This document shows positions 52,255 to 63,650 of a stretch of DNA of 64,000 nucleotides, in pieces. A program made the position numbers and the translations under genes. The notes beneath the pieces were generated by a model. The model searched no databases. It was not told the DNA's origin and saw nothing but the letters and a program-made list of their open reading frames with translations. The stretch is from NCBI RefSeq assembly GCF_020745735.1, contig NC_083427.1, positions 2,697,438 to 2,761,437 on the forward strand. Reading direction: 5' to 3'. How positions within the stretch are numbered: position 1 is the first letter of the stretch; each line of letters begins with the position of its first letter. This DNA is from Hemiscyllium ocellatum. Taxonomy: Eukaryota.

Positions 52255-53207
52255 TGTTATGGACGAGGTCAGACTAGTCAAAACATTCTGAAGCAGTCAG
52301 CCCAGACCGTAACTTTGGTATTTGTTTCAGTAAGTGTACAGTGAAAATTACCCAGAGTAAGTTAACTAGATTGACTACCTGGTTTTAAAACAAACAAAAA
52401 TTTATTCACAAAATTACAGAATGAAATACAAAGAACAGAATCCCCACAGAACTCAGACTATCCCAAACTAGCCTTAATGATGCTGTTCCGAAAATACACA
52501 ACAGTCCCAGTAAACAAACCCCTTAAACATAGAGTAAAACTGAAACAGAGGCTTACGGGTCGAAGTTAGAAGGGCAGAAGGAGAGAGAGTTCAGTCGTCT
52601 ATTTCACACACACGCAGCTTGTGCTGCACTTAACTAAAGTTCCGAACTGAACTGCTCAGTTAGAGAGCTGGCCATGTCCCCTTCACCATACAGGTTGCTT
52701 TTAAAACATAAACCTTTGCCCTAATGATTAGATTCCCTACAGTGTGGAAACAGGCCCTTCGGCCCAACAAGTCCACACCAACCCTCCAATGAGCAACTCA
52801 CCCAGACCCATTCCCCTACACCTAACACTACGGGCAATTTAGCATGGCCAATTCACCAGACCTGCACATCTTTGTGACTGTGGGAGGAAACCGGAGCACC
52901 CGGAGGAAACCCACGCAGACTCGGGGAGAATGTGCAAACTCGACACAGGCAGTCGCTCGAGGCGGGATTGAACCCGGGTCCATGGCCCTATGAGACAGCA
53001 GTGCTAACCACTGAGCCACCGTGCCGCCTCACCAATGTCTCATCTGTTTACATATAAACAAAAGGCCTCTCAGTAAGCCCTTTCATCTCTCGACCACTTC
53101 AACTGATTTGAAGCCCGGACTGTTTCAGGATCCCTCTGAAAACCACCAAGGACACAGTATCCTTGAGAAAAGGAACGGCTTTTAGAAAAAGGACCCACTT
53201 TGTGACA
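52255..53207 (-). mobile_element. Probable solo LTR containing an HE1 SINE (52727-53028)
   Basis: TGTTA...TGACA ends; splits the older LTR at 51152-53322. Confidence 0.6.
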
Positions 53208-53324
53208 CAGACCATCAAGTTATGCAGTTACTTCCCAGTCAAAACAGTTTTTTCCCCCCCACCAGGCCTGTTTTCATGTATTTTTCCACAATTGCTTATT
53301 GTCCTGCCCAATTAACCATGAATC

Positions 53325-53985
53325 CAGCCCTATCCCCAGAAATGGAAATGGATGTTGAGGAAGGGAAGGGAGGAATCAATGATGAACCTGGTTTAGGTGA
53401 TAATCAGGTGGAAATTGGAAGCAAAATGGATATGTTTTCTTCCAGATCAGAACGAGAGAGGGAAGCATGATGTCCTGGAGGAAGGAGTTATGGGGAAGGC
53501 ACTGAGCAAGAGTGGAACACGCTCCCCACAAAGAGACAGGCGCAACTGGGACCCATGTGGGTGACCATGGCCACACCTTTAACCCGAAGAAAGAGAAAGG
53601 AGTCAAGGGAGAGGCTGTTCGAATTGTGGAGGAGCTCAGCCAGGCAGAGAAGAGTGGTGACGGGCGGGGAGAGATCAGCCCTACCTTCCAGTCAGAAGTG
53701 GAGGGTCCCGAGACCATCCGGACATGGGATGGACAGGTGAAGGGATTGCACGTGAAGGCAGCCCGCGAACCAGAAAATCTCCAACCAGCATATATTGTCA
53801 GAAGACCCGCAGATGTAAGTGGGGCGGGACTGGACAAGGGGAGGAAAACAAAATTGAGTCAAGGCAGGACGAAACAGATTACCTGAGGTCAGGAAGTTGG
53901 AAACCTGGGTTGGCCTGGGCAGTCCTGTTTGTGGGGTCTGGGGAGAAAGTAGGAGCAGGTTTCAGGGACAATGGGCTGGGAAACT
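53325..53985 (-). mobile_element. Penelope-like RT fragment (decayed)
   Basis: Minus strand encodes VKGVAMVTHMGPSCACLF, the PLE RT GxAMG motif. Confidence 0.75.
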
Positions 53986-54352
53986 CTCAGGGGGATTTTG
54001 TTCTGATTTTGTTGTCTTTATTACTGTGGCACGTAACCAGTTGTGCGTGCTGTACAAGGTGGACCAGGGTTATAGAGCAGAGTGTGGAATATCGATCACG
54101 GTGTGACAGAATCATCAGAAGGCGCAGAGAGAGATCAGCACTAACATTTGAGAGGTCTATTTAGAAGTCCGATCGCAACAGGGAAGAGACTCTTCTTAAA
54201 CCTGCTGGTGCATGTATTCAATCTTTTATATCATGTGCTAGACAGGAGAGATGGGGGAAGGGAGGATAACTGGAATGAGAGGGTCTTATAGTGGCTGCCT
54301 TCCTGAAGTAGCAGGAATTACATATGGAGTCAATGGATGGAAGGCCAGTTGT

Positions 54353-55010
54353 GGGGAACTCCTCCTTCCCCATCCTGACCTGCTGGCCTCGGAAGGCATG
54401 ACCTCCGACCTTGTGGCCTGCGACCTGGTTGCCCCAGAGCTCTCGGCCTTGCAACACCTGGCGTCGCACAGACCCGAGGAGGTGGCCTCTTGGCACAGCA
54501 TGGCAGTCCCTTGGTCTGGCGTGGCAGCCTCTTGGCCCAGCATGGTGGTCTTCGGGCGGTACATGGCGGGCTTTCAGCCTGGCGTGGAGTCCTCTCAGCC
54601 TGGTATGGTGGTCTTCGGGCGGTTCATGGCGGGCTTTCAGCCTGGCGTGGTGTCCTCTCGGCCCGGCGTGGCGGTCTCCCAGTGGCCAATGTGCAGTGAA
54701 CTCGGGGTGGTGTGTGGCGGTCTCTCAGCCTGGCTCGGTCTCGGTGTGGACTTCCAGTCTCAGGGACACAAGATGCCAACATGGACTGGGTCAGAAGACT
54801 GTTTTTCTGTACTTTTTTCCCCCCAGTTTATAGTTTATTCCTAAATCTACAATGCTGAGCATTTTTTCACTTCTCTATTTTGCCATGAACTGTAACCGAG
54901 AAAGCTGTACCTGGAGTACATTGTATCTAAGATGAGACCATAAGTCGCGACTTGCACACTTCTCACTGTTTTCATTTGACTACGTGTGACAATGAAGCAA
55001 ATTCTAATTA
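54353..55010 (+). mobile_element. Putative non-autonomous element: GC-rich 21-bp minisatellite plus Rex1-like tail
   Basis: 21-bp units over 54480-54735 with a 63-bp higher-order duplication (54541 and 54604). 3' end TCTCACTGT...GTGTGACAAT resembles the Rex1-like tails in this window. Confidence 0.55.
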
Positions 55011-55274
55011 AGCATGGATTGCCATTAGCACAGCCTACCTACTCGCAGAAGTATGGCCACATCACAAACAACAGAACCAAAAGTTATTGGAAATCTCAGC
55101 ATCTGTTTGGGGGGACGGGGGGAGAATCAGAGTTAACCTATCAGGTCCATCCTGCAGAATGGGTTCCTGATCCCAAGACGTTAACTCTGATTTCTCTGGA
55201 CGGATGCTGCCGGACCTGCTGGGTTAATCCGGCAATTTCAGTTTCTCTTTCTGATTTCCAATATCCGCAGATTT

Positions 55275-56662
55275 TTCATAGAGTCATGGAAACAGACCCT
55301 TCAGTCCAACCCGTCCATGCTGACCAGATATCCCAACCCAATCTAGTCCCACCTGCCAGCACCCGACCCATATCCCTCCAAACCCTTCCAATTCACATAC
55401 CCATCCAAATGCCTCTTAAATGTTGCAATTGTACCAGCCTCCACCACTTCCTCTGGCAGCTCATTCCATACATGTACCACTCTCTGTGTGATAAAGTTGC
55501 CCCCTGGGTCTCTTTTATATCTTTCCCCTCTCACCTTAAACCTATGTCCTCTAGTTCTGGACTCCCCGACCCCAAGGAAAAGACTGTGCCTATTTATCTA
55601 TTCATGCCCCTCATGATTTTGTAAACCTCTATAAGGTCACCTCTCAGCCTCCAGGGAAAACAGCCCCAGCCTGTTCAGCCTCTCCCTGTAGCTCAAATCC
55701 TCCAACCCTGGCAACATCCTTGTAAATCTTACTGCACATTATGACTAATTCAGCTTCTCTTCTGTCCTGGCTTAGCACCCCTGTTTACTCGCTCCTTTTA
55801 TATCTATCTCTAACTTTCTGGGCTACATCTCCACATAGAACATCAAACATTCCAGCACAGTCCAGGCCCTTCGGCCCTCGATGTTGCGCTGACCTGTGGA
55901 ACCAATCTGAAGCCCATCTCACCAACACCATTCCATTATTATCAATATGTTTATCCAATGACCATTTAAGTACCCTTAAGTTTGGCAAGTCTACTACTGT
56001 TGCCCTTTCCACTCTCTGAGTAAAGAAACTACCTCTGATGTCTGTCCTCTATCTTTTACCTCTCAGTTTAAAGCTATGTCCCCTCCTGCTAGCCATCACC
56101 ATCCAAAGAAAAAGGCTCTCACTGTCCACCCTATCTAACCCTTTGATCATCTTCTTTGTCTCAACTAAGTCACCTCTCAACCTTCTTCTCTCTAATGAAA
56201 ACAGCCTCAAGTCCCTCAGCCTTTCCTCATAAGACAGAGCCATCGAGTCATATAGAGTCCAACTCGTCCATGCCGACCAGATATCATAAACTAATCCAGC
56301 CCCATCTATTGGGACTTGGCCTATATCCCTCTAAACCCTTCCTATTCGTGTATCCATTCAGATATCTATGAGATGTAGTAATTGTACCAGCCTCCACCAT
56401 TTCCTCTGGCAGTTCATTCCATACACGCACCACCCTCTGTGTGAAATAGTTGCTCCTCAGATCACTTTTATATCTTTCCCCTCTCAGCTTAAACCTCTGC
56501 CCTCTAGTTCTGGGCTCCCCCACCCCAGGGAAAAGACCTTGCCTATTTACCCCATCCATGCCCCTCATGATTTTATAAACCTCTATAAAGTTACCCCTCA
56601 GCCTCGGACACTCCAGGGAAAACAGCCCCAACTTGTTCAGCCTCTCCCTGTAGCTCAAATCT
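55275..56662 (-). mobile_element. Three tandem CR1 3' ends
   Basis: ORFs 55343-55534, 56049-56243 and 56284-56658. Confidence 0.85.
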
Positions 56663-57199
56663 GAGGCCTGTGTCCATTACAGTTCAAATGAATGAGAGAA
56701 GATCTTGAGTGGGAAGGATTCAGAGAGATGTGGGCCAAATGCTGGCACGTGGGACTAGATCAGATTAAGATATCGGGTGGGTGCGGATGGGTTGGACTGA
56801 AGGGTCTGTATTTGTGCTGTATGACTCCATGTTGTTGAGATGGAGATATCCTGAGGGGAGGGGACAGGATGGAGACTGAAGGGATATCACCCAAAGTTGG
56901 GCAATAAGAACTAGGGGACACAGTTAATAGATAAGCAAGAGAGCGCGGTGAGATTTTCATCCCTCTCTATAAAGGACCACAAATCTTTGTACGGGGGCAG
57001 AATCACTGAATGTCTCTGATAGATTTTTACCAAGTGAGTTAAAGGCTAATTGGGGGATGCGGGGGGCACGGTTACAGCAAGAGTTTAGATCACAACCAGT
57101 TGGTCCATATCTCTCGGATTAAGTTCGAGGGGAGGGCTGGCCTACTCCTGCTATTGCTGCTCAGACTTCCCTTTCTCTCCCCTCAGAGGTCGACTGGTG

Positions 57200-57417
57200 T
57201 ATATCCATCACCCTGTGTTACTGACTGTGTCTCTACTGATGTTAATCCAGCTCCCTCACACTGTCACTCAGTAACCCCTTTACACCCAGCACCCTGTGTT
57301 ACTGACTGCATCTCTAATGATGTTAATCCAACTCCCTGATATAATCAATCAGTAACACCTCTCCCCTCCAACCCCCGTGTTACTGACTGTATCTGTACTG
57401 ATGTTAATCCAGCTCCC
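57200..57417. repeat. 81-bp tandem repeat, ~2.7 copies
   Basis: GTGTTACTGACTG at 57215, 57296 and 57377. Confidence 0.9.
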
Positions 57418-58109
57418 AAAAGACCTTCCCTCCATACCGGGCAACATCCTAGTAAATCTCCTCTGCACCCTTTCCAAGGCTTCTACATCGCTTCTATAGT
57501 ACAGTGATCAGAAATGTACACAACGCTCCGTGTGTGGCCGCACCAGAGTTTTGTACAGCTGCCACATGACCTCATGGCTCAGAAACCCAATCCCTCTACC
57601 TCCTCTGCGCGGCACGGTGGCTCAGTGGTTAGCACTGCTGCCCCACAGCACCAAGGACCCAGGTTCAATTCTAGCCTCGTGCGACTGTCTGTGTGGAGTT
57701 TGCACGTTCTCCCCGTGTCTGCGTGGGTTTCCTCCGGGTGCTCCGGTTTCCTCCCACAGTCCAAAGACGTGCAGCTCAGGGTGAATTGGCCGTGCTAAAT
57801 TGCCCACAGTGTTAGGTGCATAAGTCAGAGGGAAATGGGTCTGGGTGGGTTACTCTTCGGAGGGTCGGTGTGGATTTGTTGGGCCGAGGGGCCTGTTTCC
57901 ACACTGGAGGGAATCTGATCTAATCTACCATCCCACATCCTTTTCGTCAGCACAAATACCGATCTGCTATCAGTCCTAATGAAGAGTCAACGGGCTCGAA
58001 AACTTTAACCCTGTTTTCTCCCCAAGTTTAAAAACCACACAACACCAGGTTGGAGTCCAACAGGTTTATTTGGAAGCACTAGCTTTCGGGGGAGGCTGCT
58101 CCTTCGTTT

Positions 58110-58424
58110 TAGATTAGATTAGATTACTTACAGTGTGGAAACAGGCCCTTCGGCCCAACAAGTCCACACCGACCCGCCGAAGCGCAACCCACCCGTACCC
58201 CTACATTTACCTCTTACCTAAGACTACGGGCAATTTAGCATGGCCAATTCACCTGACCCGCACATCTTTGGACTGTGGGAGGAAACCGGAGCACCCGGAG
58301 GAAACCCACGCAGACACGGGGAGAACGTGCAAACTCCACACAGTCAGTCGCCTGAGGCGGGAATTGAACCCGGGTCTCAGGCGCTGTGAGGCAGCAGTGC
58401 TAACCACTGTGCCACCGTGCCGCC
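58110..58424 (-). mobile_element. Young full-length HE1-type SINE inside a palindromic PLE remnant (58025-58610)
   Basis: Near-identical to 34884-35202. Confidence 0.9.
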
Positions 58425-58611
58425 TAATCTAACAATCTAAGATTGTTTACTGTCTCACATCCCCCTGACACTGGAATCCTTTTGCTATAAATCCTGTGTC
58501 TCAGGGTATGGTTCCCCCACCAGCAGCAGTGCACCGAAAGCTAGTGCTTCCAAGTAGACCTGTTGGGGCTACAACCTGGTGCTGTTAGCCCACCCCAGTC
58601 CAACATTGGCT

Positions 58612-58845
58612 GCTGACGTCATTGCTCCGCTAGGCCCGCCCCTTCATTCTCTCCCATTGGTTGGAGGACTGACCCCCGCCGAGCGGTCCTCCAGCACCGC
58701 CCCCGTCTCCTCCGATTGGCCGGCGCCTTCCGTCAATCGCCCAGGTCGGCGAGGGCGGCCGCGGGCATGCGCAGCGCGGAGTTGCTACCTGAACGACTGG
58801 GCGCATGCGCAGCCGCCATTTCCTTGTTTACCTGAAGAGTTGGGT
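58612..58845 (+). promoter_or_regulatory. CpG-island promoter and first exon of ZNF-D
   Basis: TGACGTCA (CRE), GC boxes, two ATTGG boxes, GCGCATGCGC, GCCGCCATTT (YY1). Donor at 58844, acceptor at 59056. Confidence 0.8.
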
Positions 58846-59391
58846 CAGTTGTCCTGCCTCCAGTGGAATGAGCTGGAGAGAATTGGACAATATCTCTGGG
58901 GGGTTTTAGCCCAAGAAGGAGGATGAAAGGGAGGGAGGGAGAATCTGTAACTTGCAGGGATCAAGAGAAGAGGATATTCCACAGAAACTGGAATTGTCTG
59001 TTGAATGAATTCTCTGCCTCACTGACAGTGAACAGTTTGGTCATCTCCTGTCACAGGGACTGGAAGAGGAGGGCTCACACCAAGGAAACCCAAACGAAAC
59101 GTCAGATCTGACAGAGTCGCTCCATCCGTCAGGAGCTGAGCATCACCGGCCTCCGATTGTGGAAGGGGGGAACGTTTGTCTCTTTTGTCTGAGGGTGTAG
59201 ATTGCAAACATCAGCGTGACTGGGAACGCACCTGAATGAGGGTGTTCGAGTGAAATGACTGTGGAAAGAGCTTTAACCGGTCACACAGGCTGAAAAAAAC
59301 GATTGCATGTTCACAGCAGGGAGGAACTCTCTGTCTGGACTAGGATTCAACTGCTCCTTCAGTTTGGAGGGACACAAAGGCCCTGTAGACC

Positions 59392-60321
59392 ATGGGGAAG
59401 CCACGTAAAAGTGTGAAGCGTGGGAAGGGATTCAGAGGTCCATCCAAGATGGATGGTCATCCGCGCAAAACCACCGGGGAGAGGCCATTCATCTGCTCCA
59501 CGTGTAACAAGGGGTATCCTAGTCTGTCCGGTTTATGTATCCACCGGAGAACTCACTCCGGGGTGAAATCGTACGTCTGTGACACGTGTGGTATGGGATT
59601 TGCTTATTCATCCAGTTTACACGTACATCAGCGAATACACACCGGGGAGAAGCCATTCACGTGTTCCAAGTGTGAAAAGAAATTTGCTCATTTATCCAGC
59701 TTCCAGGTACACCAGAGGGCTCACACCGGGGAGAAGTCATTCATCTGCCCCAAGTGTGGTAAGCGGTTTGCTCATCCATCTGGGTTACGTACGCACAAGA
59801 AGGTTCACATCGGGGAGAAACCATTCACCTGCTCTGATTGTGGGAAGGGATTCACTCAGTCATTCAGGCTCCAGCAACACCAGCGAATGCACACCAGGGA
59901 GAATCCGTTCATGTGCTCCGAGTGTGGCCGGGGATTCGCTGAGTCATCCACCTTACACAAGCACCAGAAAGCTCACACTGAGAAAAAACCGTTCGCCTGC
60001 CCTGACTGTGAAAGGAGGTTCTCGTGGTTAACCAACTACCAGTCACACCGGGGGACTCACACCGGCAGAAGCCCGTTCACCTGTTCCGACTGCGGGAGGA
60101 GATTTGCCCATTCGTCCAAGTTCTGTGAGCACAGGAGAACTCACACTGGAGAGAGACCGTTCATCTGCCCTGACTGCGGGAAGGGATTCGCTCAGACATC
60201 CACCTTGCACGTGCATCAGAGAACTCACACTGGAGAAAGGCCATTCACCTGCCCCAAGTGCAGGAAGAGATTCACTCAAGTTTCCAGCTTATATCAACAC
60301 CGGAAGAGGTGTGCGAAATGA
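59392..60321 (+). CDS. C2H2 zinc-finger protein (ZNF-D): 9 C2H2 fingers plus a terminal C2HC finger
   Basis: 309-aa ORF with Kozak ACCATGG. The first finger is degenerate. Confidence 0.92.
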   Translation: MGKPRKSVKRGKGFRGPSKMDGHPRKTTGERPFICSTCNKGYPSLSGLCIHRRTHSGVKSYVCDTCGMGFAYSSSLHVHQRIHTGEKPFTCSKCEKKFAHLSSFQVHQRAHTGEKSFICPKCGKRFAHPSGLRTHKKVHIGEKPFTCSDCGKGFTQSFRLQQHQRMHTRENPFMCSECGRGFAESSTLHKHQKAHTEKKPFACPDCERRFSWLTNYQSHRGTHTGRSPFTCSDCGRRFAHSSKFCEHRRTHTGERPFICPDCGKGFAQTSTLHVHQRTHTGERPFTCPKCRKRFTQVSSLYQHRKRCAK

Positions 60322-61702
60322 TGCACTCAGTCATCCGATCTGCTGAGGGATGAGCACGTTCATGAGTGACTGAAGGGGGTCGAACGGCTTGTATAATATA
60401 CTTTATCGTGTGTATATTTAGCTTGCCATTATTGAACAGGATGTACCTGCTTGCATAAGGTTCCAATCTTCTGGTTTGAAGATTGCAGACAGCGGAATGT
60501 AGTATATTGGTCACAAAAAGATATCTCCAATCCAGATCATTAAGGGTTGATCGGACGTGGCAGTACGCCACTGATGGAGAATGGAAAAGCAAGTGAAACA
60601 AGAAGGCCTCAGTGTAAGAATAGGCTGGTTTGAAGCAACAGTGAGACCTGCTTTTGACCACCAAGCACAGAGGAATGCTTGGGAGAAGTACTCCGAAGAG
60701 GCAACTCGGCATATTCGATTCAATTTGCTTTGTTGATTTTTGTCACGCGGACCCCGAAACGCATCGTGTTGTGGGCTATTCAGGCAGATCATACCATTCG
60801 TAAGTACGTTAGGGGCAAAGAGAAGAGGATGCAGAATGTAGTGTTGCAGCTGCAGCGATGGTGCAGACAGATCAACATGAAAATTGAAAGAACATAAAAT
60901 CAAGTAAATTATTGACACTGGGAACTTTTCCCAGTTCTTTCGACGTCACCATCGGACTGGGTTCACAAGCGGTGCCGTGGAAGTTGAGATTGAGCTCTGT
61001 GTGCCAGCCATCTCCAGGGTGACAGGATATAAGACTCCCTTGCTTGGATATTTCTAAAGTAGTTTAAGTTATTAACTTTTGTTGAAATCTATCTAAAGTG
61101 TTGTAAGTTAATAATGATTAGATTACTTTATATATATATTAAATGACCAAAGCTAATAGATTTCTGTGATGCACTAGTTTGGTCTCAGCGGACATGTCAT
61201 GCCCAGTTCTGGGGGGGGACACGTTTCGGAAATAGGCGAAGCATTAGAGAGGGTCATCGCTTATTACAGCACGAAAAGAGACTCTTTGGCTCATCGTGCC
61301 CAAAACAATCATCACGTAGCTCCCTCATCGATACGGTGGCTCAGTGGTTAGCCTCACAGCGCCAGGGACCCGGGTTCAGTTCCAGCCTTGGGCGACTGTC
61401 TGTGTGGAGTTTGCACATCCTGTCCCCGTGTCTGCGTGGATTTCCTCCAGGGGCTCCGGTTTCCTCCCACAATCCAAAGATGTGCAGGTTAGCGTGACGT
61501 GTTGCCCCTTGTGTTGAGAGATGTGTAGGTTAGGTGCGTTAGTCAGGGGTAAATGTAGGGTAATGGGGTAGGGGGAATTGGTCTGAGTGGGTTAGTCTTC
61601 GGAGAGTCAGTGTAGACTTGTTGGGCCAAATGGCCTATTTCCACACTGTAGGGATTGTATGATTCTGATCCCATTTTCCAGCACTTGGTCCGCAGCATTG
61701 TC

Positions 61703-62784
61703 GCATCTGCTCCCGGGAAGACCAGTTCCAATACCGTACAGCCCAGATGGCCTCCTTCTTCAAGGACCGCAGATTCCCCCTAGATGTGATCGACGATGCC
61801 CTCCACCGCATCTCCTCCATTTCCTGCTCCTCCACCCTTGAGCCCGCCCCTCCAACCGCCACCAGGACAGAACCCCACTGGTTCTCACCTACCACCCCAA
61901 CAACCTCCATATACAGCGTATCATCCGCCGTCATTTCCGCCACCTCCAAACGGACCCCACCACCAGGGATATGTTTCCCTCCCCTCCCCTATCAACGTTC
62001 CAAAAGGACCACTCCCTCAGTGACTCCCTCGTCAGGTCCACACCCCCCACCAACCCAACCTCCACTCCCGGCACCTTCCCCTGCAACCGCAGGAAATGCA
62101 AAACTTGCACCACACCTCCCCCCTTACTTCTCTCCAAGGCCCCAAGGGATCCTTCCATATCCGCCACAAATTCACCTGCACCTCCACACACATCATCTAT
62201 TGCATCCGCTGCACCCGATGTGGCCTCCTCTATATTGGGGAGACAGGCCGCCTACTTGCGGAACGTTTCAGAGAACACCTCTGGGACGCCCGGACAACCA
62301 ACCCAACCACCCCGTGGCTCAACACTTTAACTCTCCCTCCCACTCCACCGAGGACATGCAGGTCCTTGGACTCCTCCACCGGCAGAACATAACAACATGA
62401 CGATTGGAGGAGGAGCGCCTCATCTTCCGCCTGGGAACCCACCAACCACAAGGAATGAACTTAGATTTCTCCAGTTTCCTCATTTCCCCTCCCCCCACCT
62501 TGTCTCAGTCGATTCCCTCGAACTCAGCACCGCCTTCCTAACCTGCAATCTTCTTCCTGACCTCTCCGCCCCCACCCCACTCCGGCCTATCACCCTCACC
62601 TTAACCTCCTTCCACCTATCACATCTCCATCGCCCCTCCCCCAAGTCCCTCCTCCCTACCTTTTATCTTAGCCTGCTGAACACACTTTCCTCATTCCTGA
62701 AGAAGGGCTTATGCCCGAAACGTCGAATCTCCTGCTCCTTGGATGCTGCCTGACCTGCTGCGCTTTTCCAGCAACACATTTTCA
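61703..62784 (+). mobile_element. Young 5'-truncated Penelope-like element (GIY-YIG EN plus pLTR)
   Basis: FTCTSTHIIYCIRCTRCGLLYIGETGR..RFREH; 13-bp TSD CCGCAGCATTGTC (61690-61702 / 62785-62797). Confidence 0.92.
62693..62728 (+). ncRNA. Intact minimal type I hammerhead ribozyme motif
   Basis: ATTC-CTGAAGA-A-GGGC-TTAT-GCCC-GAAA-CGTC-GAAT: stem I ATTC/GAAT, stem II GGGC/GCCC, palindromic ACGT stem III, GUC cleavage triplet. Confidence 0.85.
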
Positions 62785-63251
62785 CCGCAGCATTGTCTCC
62801 CGTGCTACTTCATGTAATCATCTAAATATTTCTTAAAATGTGCTGAATCCTGTGTCTACGCAGTGAGTGACAGACACCTGCCACCTTTTGGCTGAAAGTA
62901 TTTCTCCTCGAATCCTGCTCTGAATATCCTCCTCCTATTGTTTTGTGGATCTACGTCAACTTGTTGTTGATCCTGTCCTTAAAAGGGAGAAGTTGCTTCC
63001 TATCATACCTATCTCTGTGCCTCATAATGTTGTAGATCTCAGTCAGGTCCCTTCTCGATCTTCTCTGCTTCAAAGGAAACACCAGAATTTATTGAGCCTC
63101 TCTTCATAGTTATATTGCTGCATCCCAGGAATATCTTAGTGAACCTCCTCCGCAGCCTCTCTAGTACAGTCACGACTGTTTGTTCAAGCCACTAGGGAGG
63201 GTTTAAACTAGTTTGGCAGTGGGATGATATTCAAAGCAATAGGGGGGATCT

Positions 63252-63650
63252 AAGACCATAAGAGATAGGAGTGGAAGTAAGGCCATTCGGCCCATTGAGG
63301 CCACTCCGCCATTCGATCTTGGCTGATGGGCATTTCAGCGCCACTTACCCACACTCTCCCCGTAGCCCTTAATCCCTTGCGAGTTCAAGAATTTATTGCT
63401 CTCTGCCTTGAAGACATTTAACGTCCCGGCCTCCGCTGTGCTCTGTGGCAATGAATTCCACAGGCCTGCCACTCGCTGGCTGAAGAAATGTCCCCTCGTT
63501 TCTGATTTAAATTGACCCCCTGTAAGTCTAAGGCTGTGCTCACGGGTCTTAATACCCCCCTTGACGGAAACAAATTCCTCAGTGTGCACCCTTTCTAAGC
63601 CAACTTGTAAGTTTCTATTAGATCTCCCCATAACCTTCTAAACTCTAATG
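63252..63650 (-). mobile_element. CR1 LINE 3' end
   Basis: ORF 63335-63631 (HFFSQRVAGLWNSLPQ). Confidence 0.85.

Larger units (their letters stand above)
47000..53322 (-). mobile_element. Ancient non-autonomous LTR element, heavily nested
   Basis: Two diverged same-orientation LTR copies (47000-47150 and 51152-53322) bracket AT-rich internal sequence. Interrupted by Rex1-like, CR1, HE1 and solo-LTR inserts. Confidence 0.45.

Noticed and set aside
54251-54844. 197-aa repetitive ORF
   Set aside because: Product of a 21-bp minisatellite, with several frames open and no gene context.
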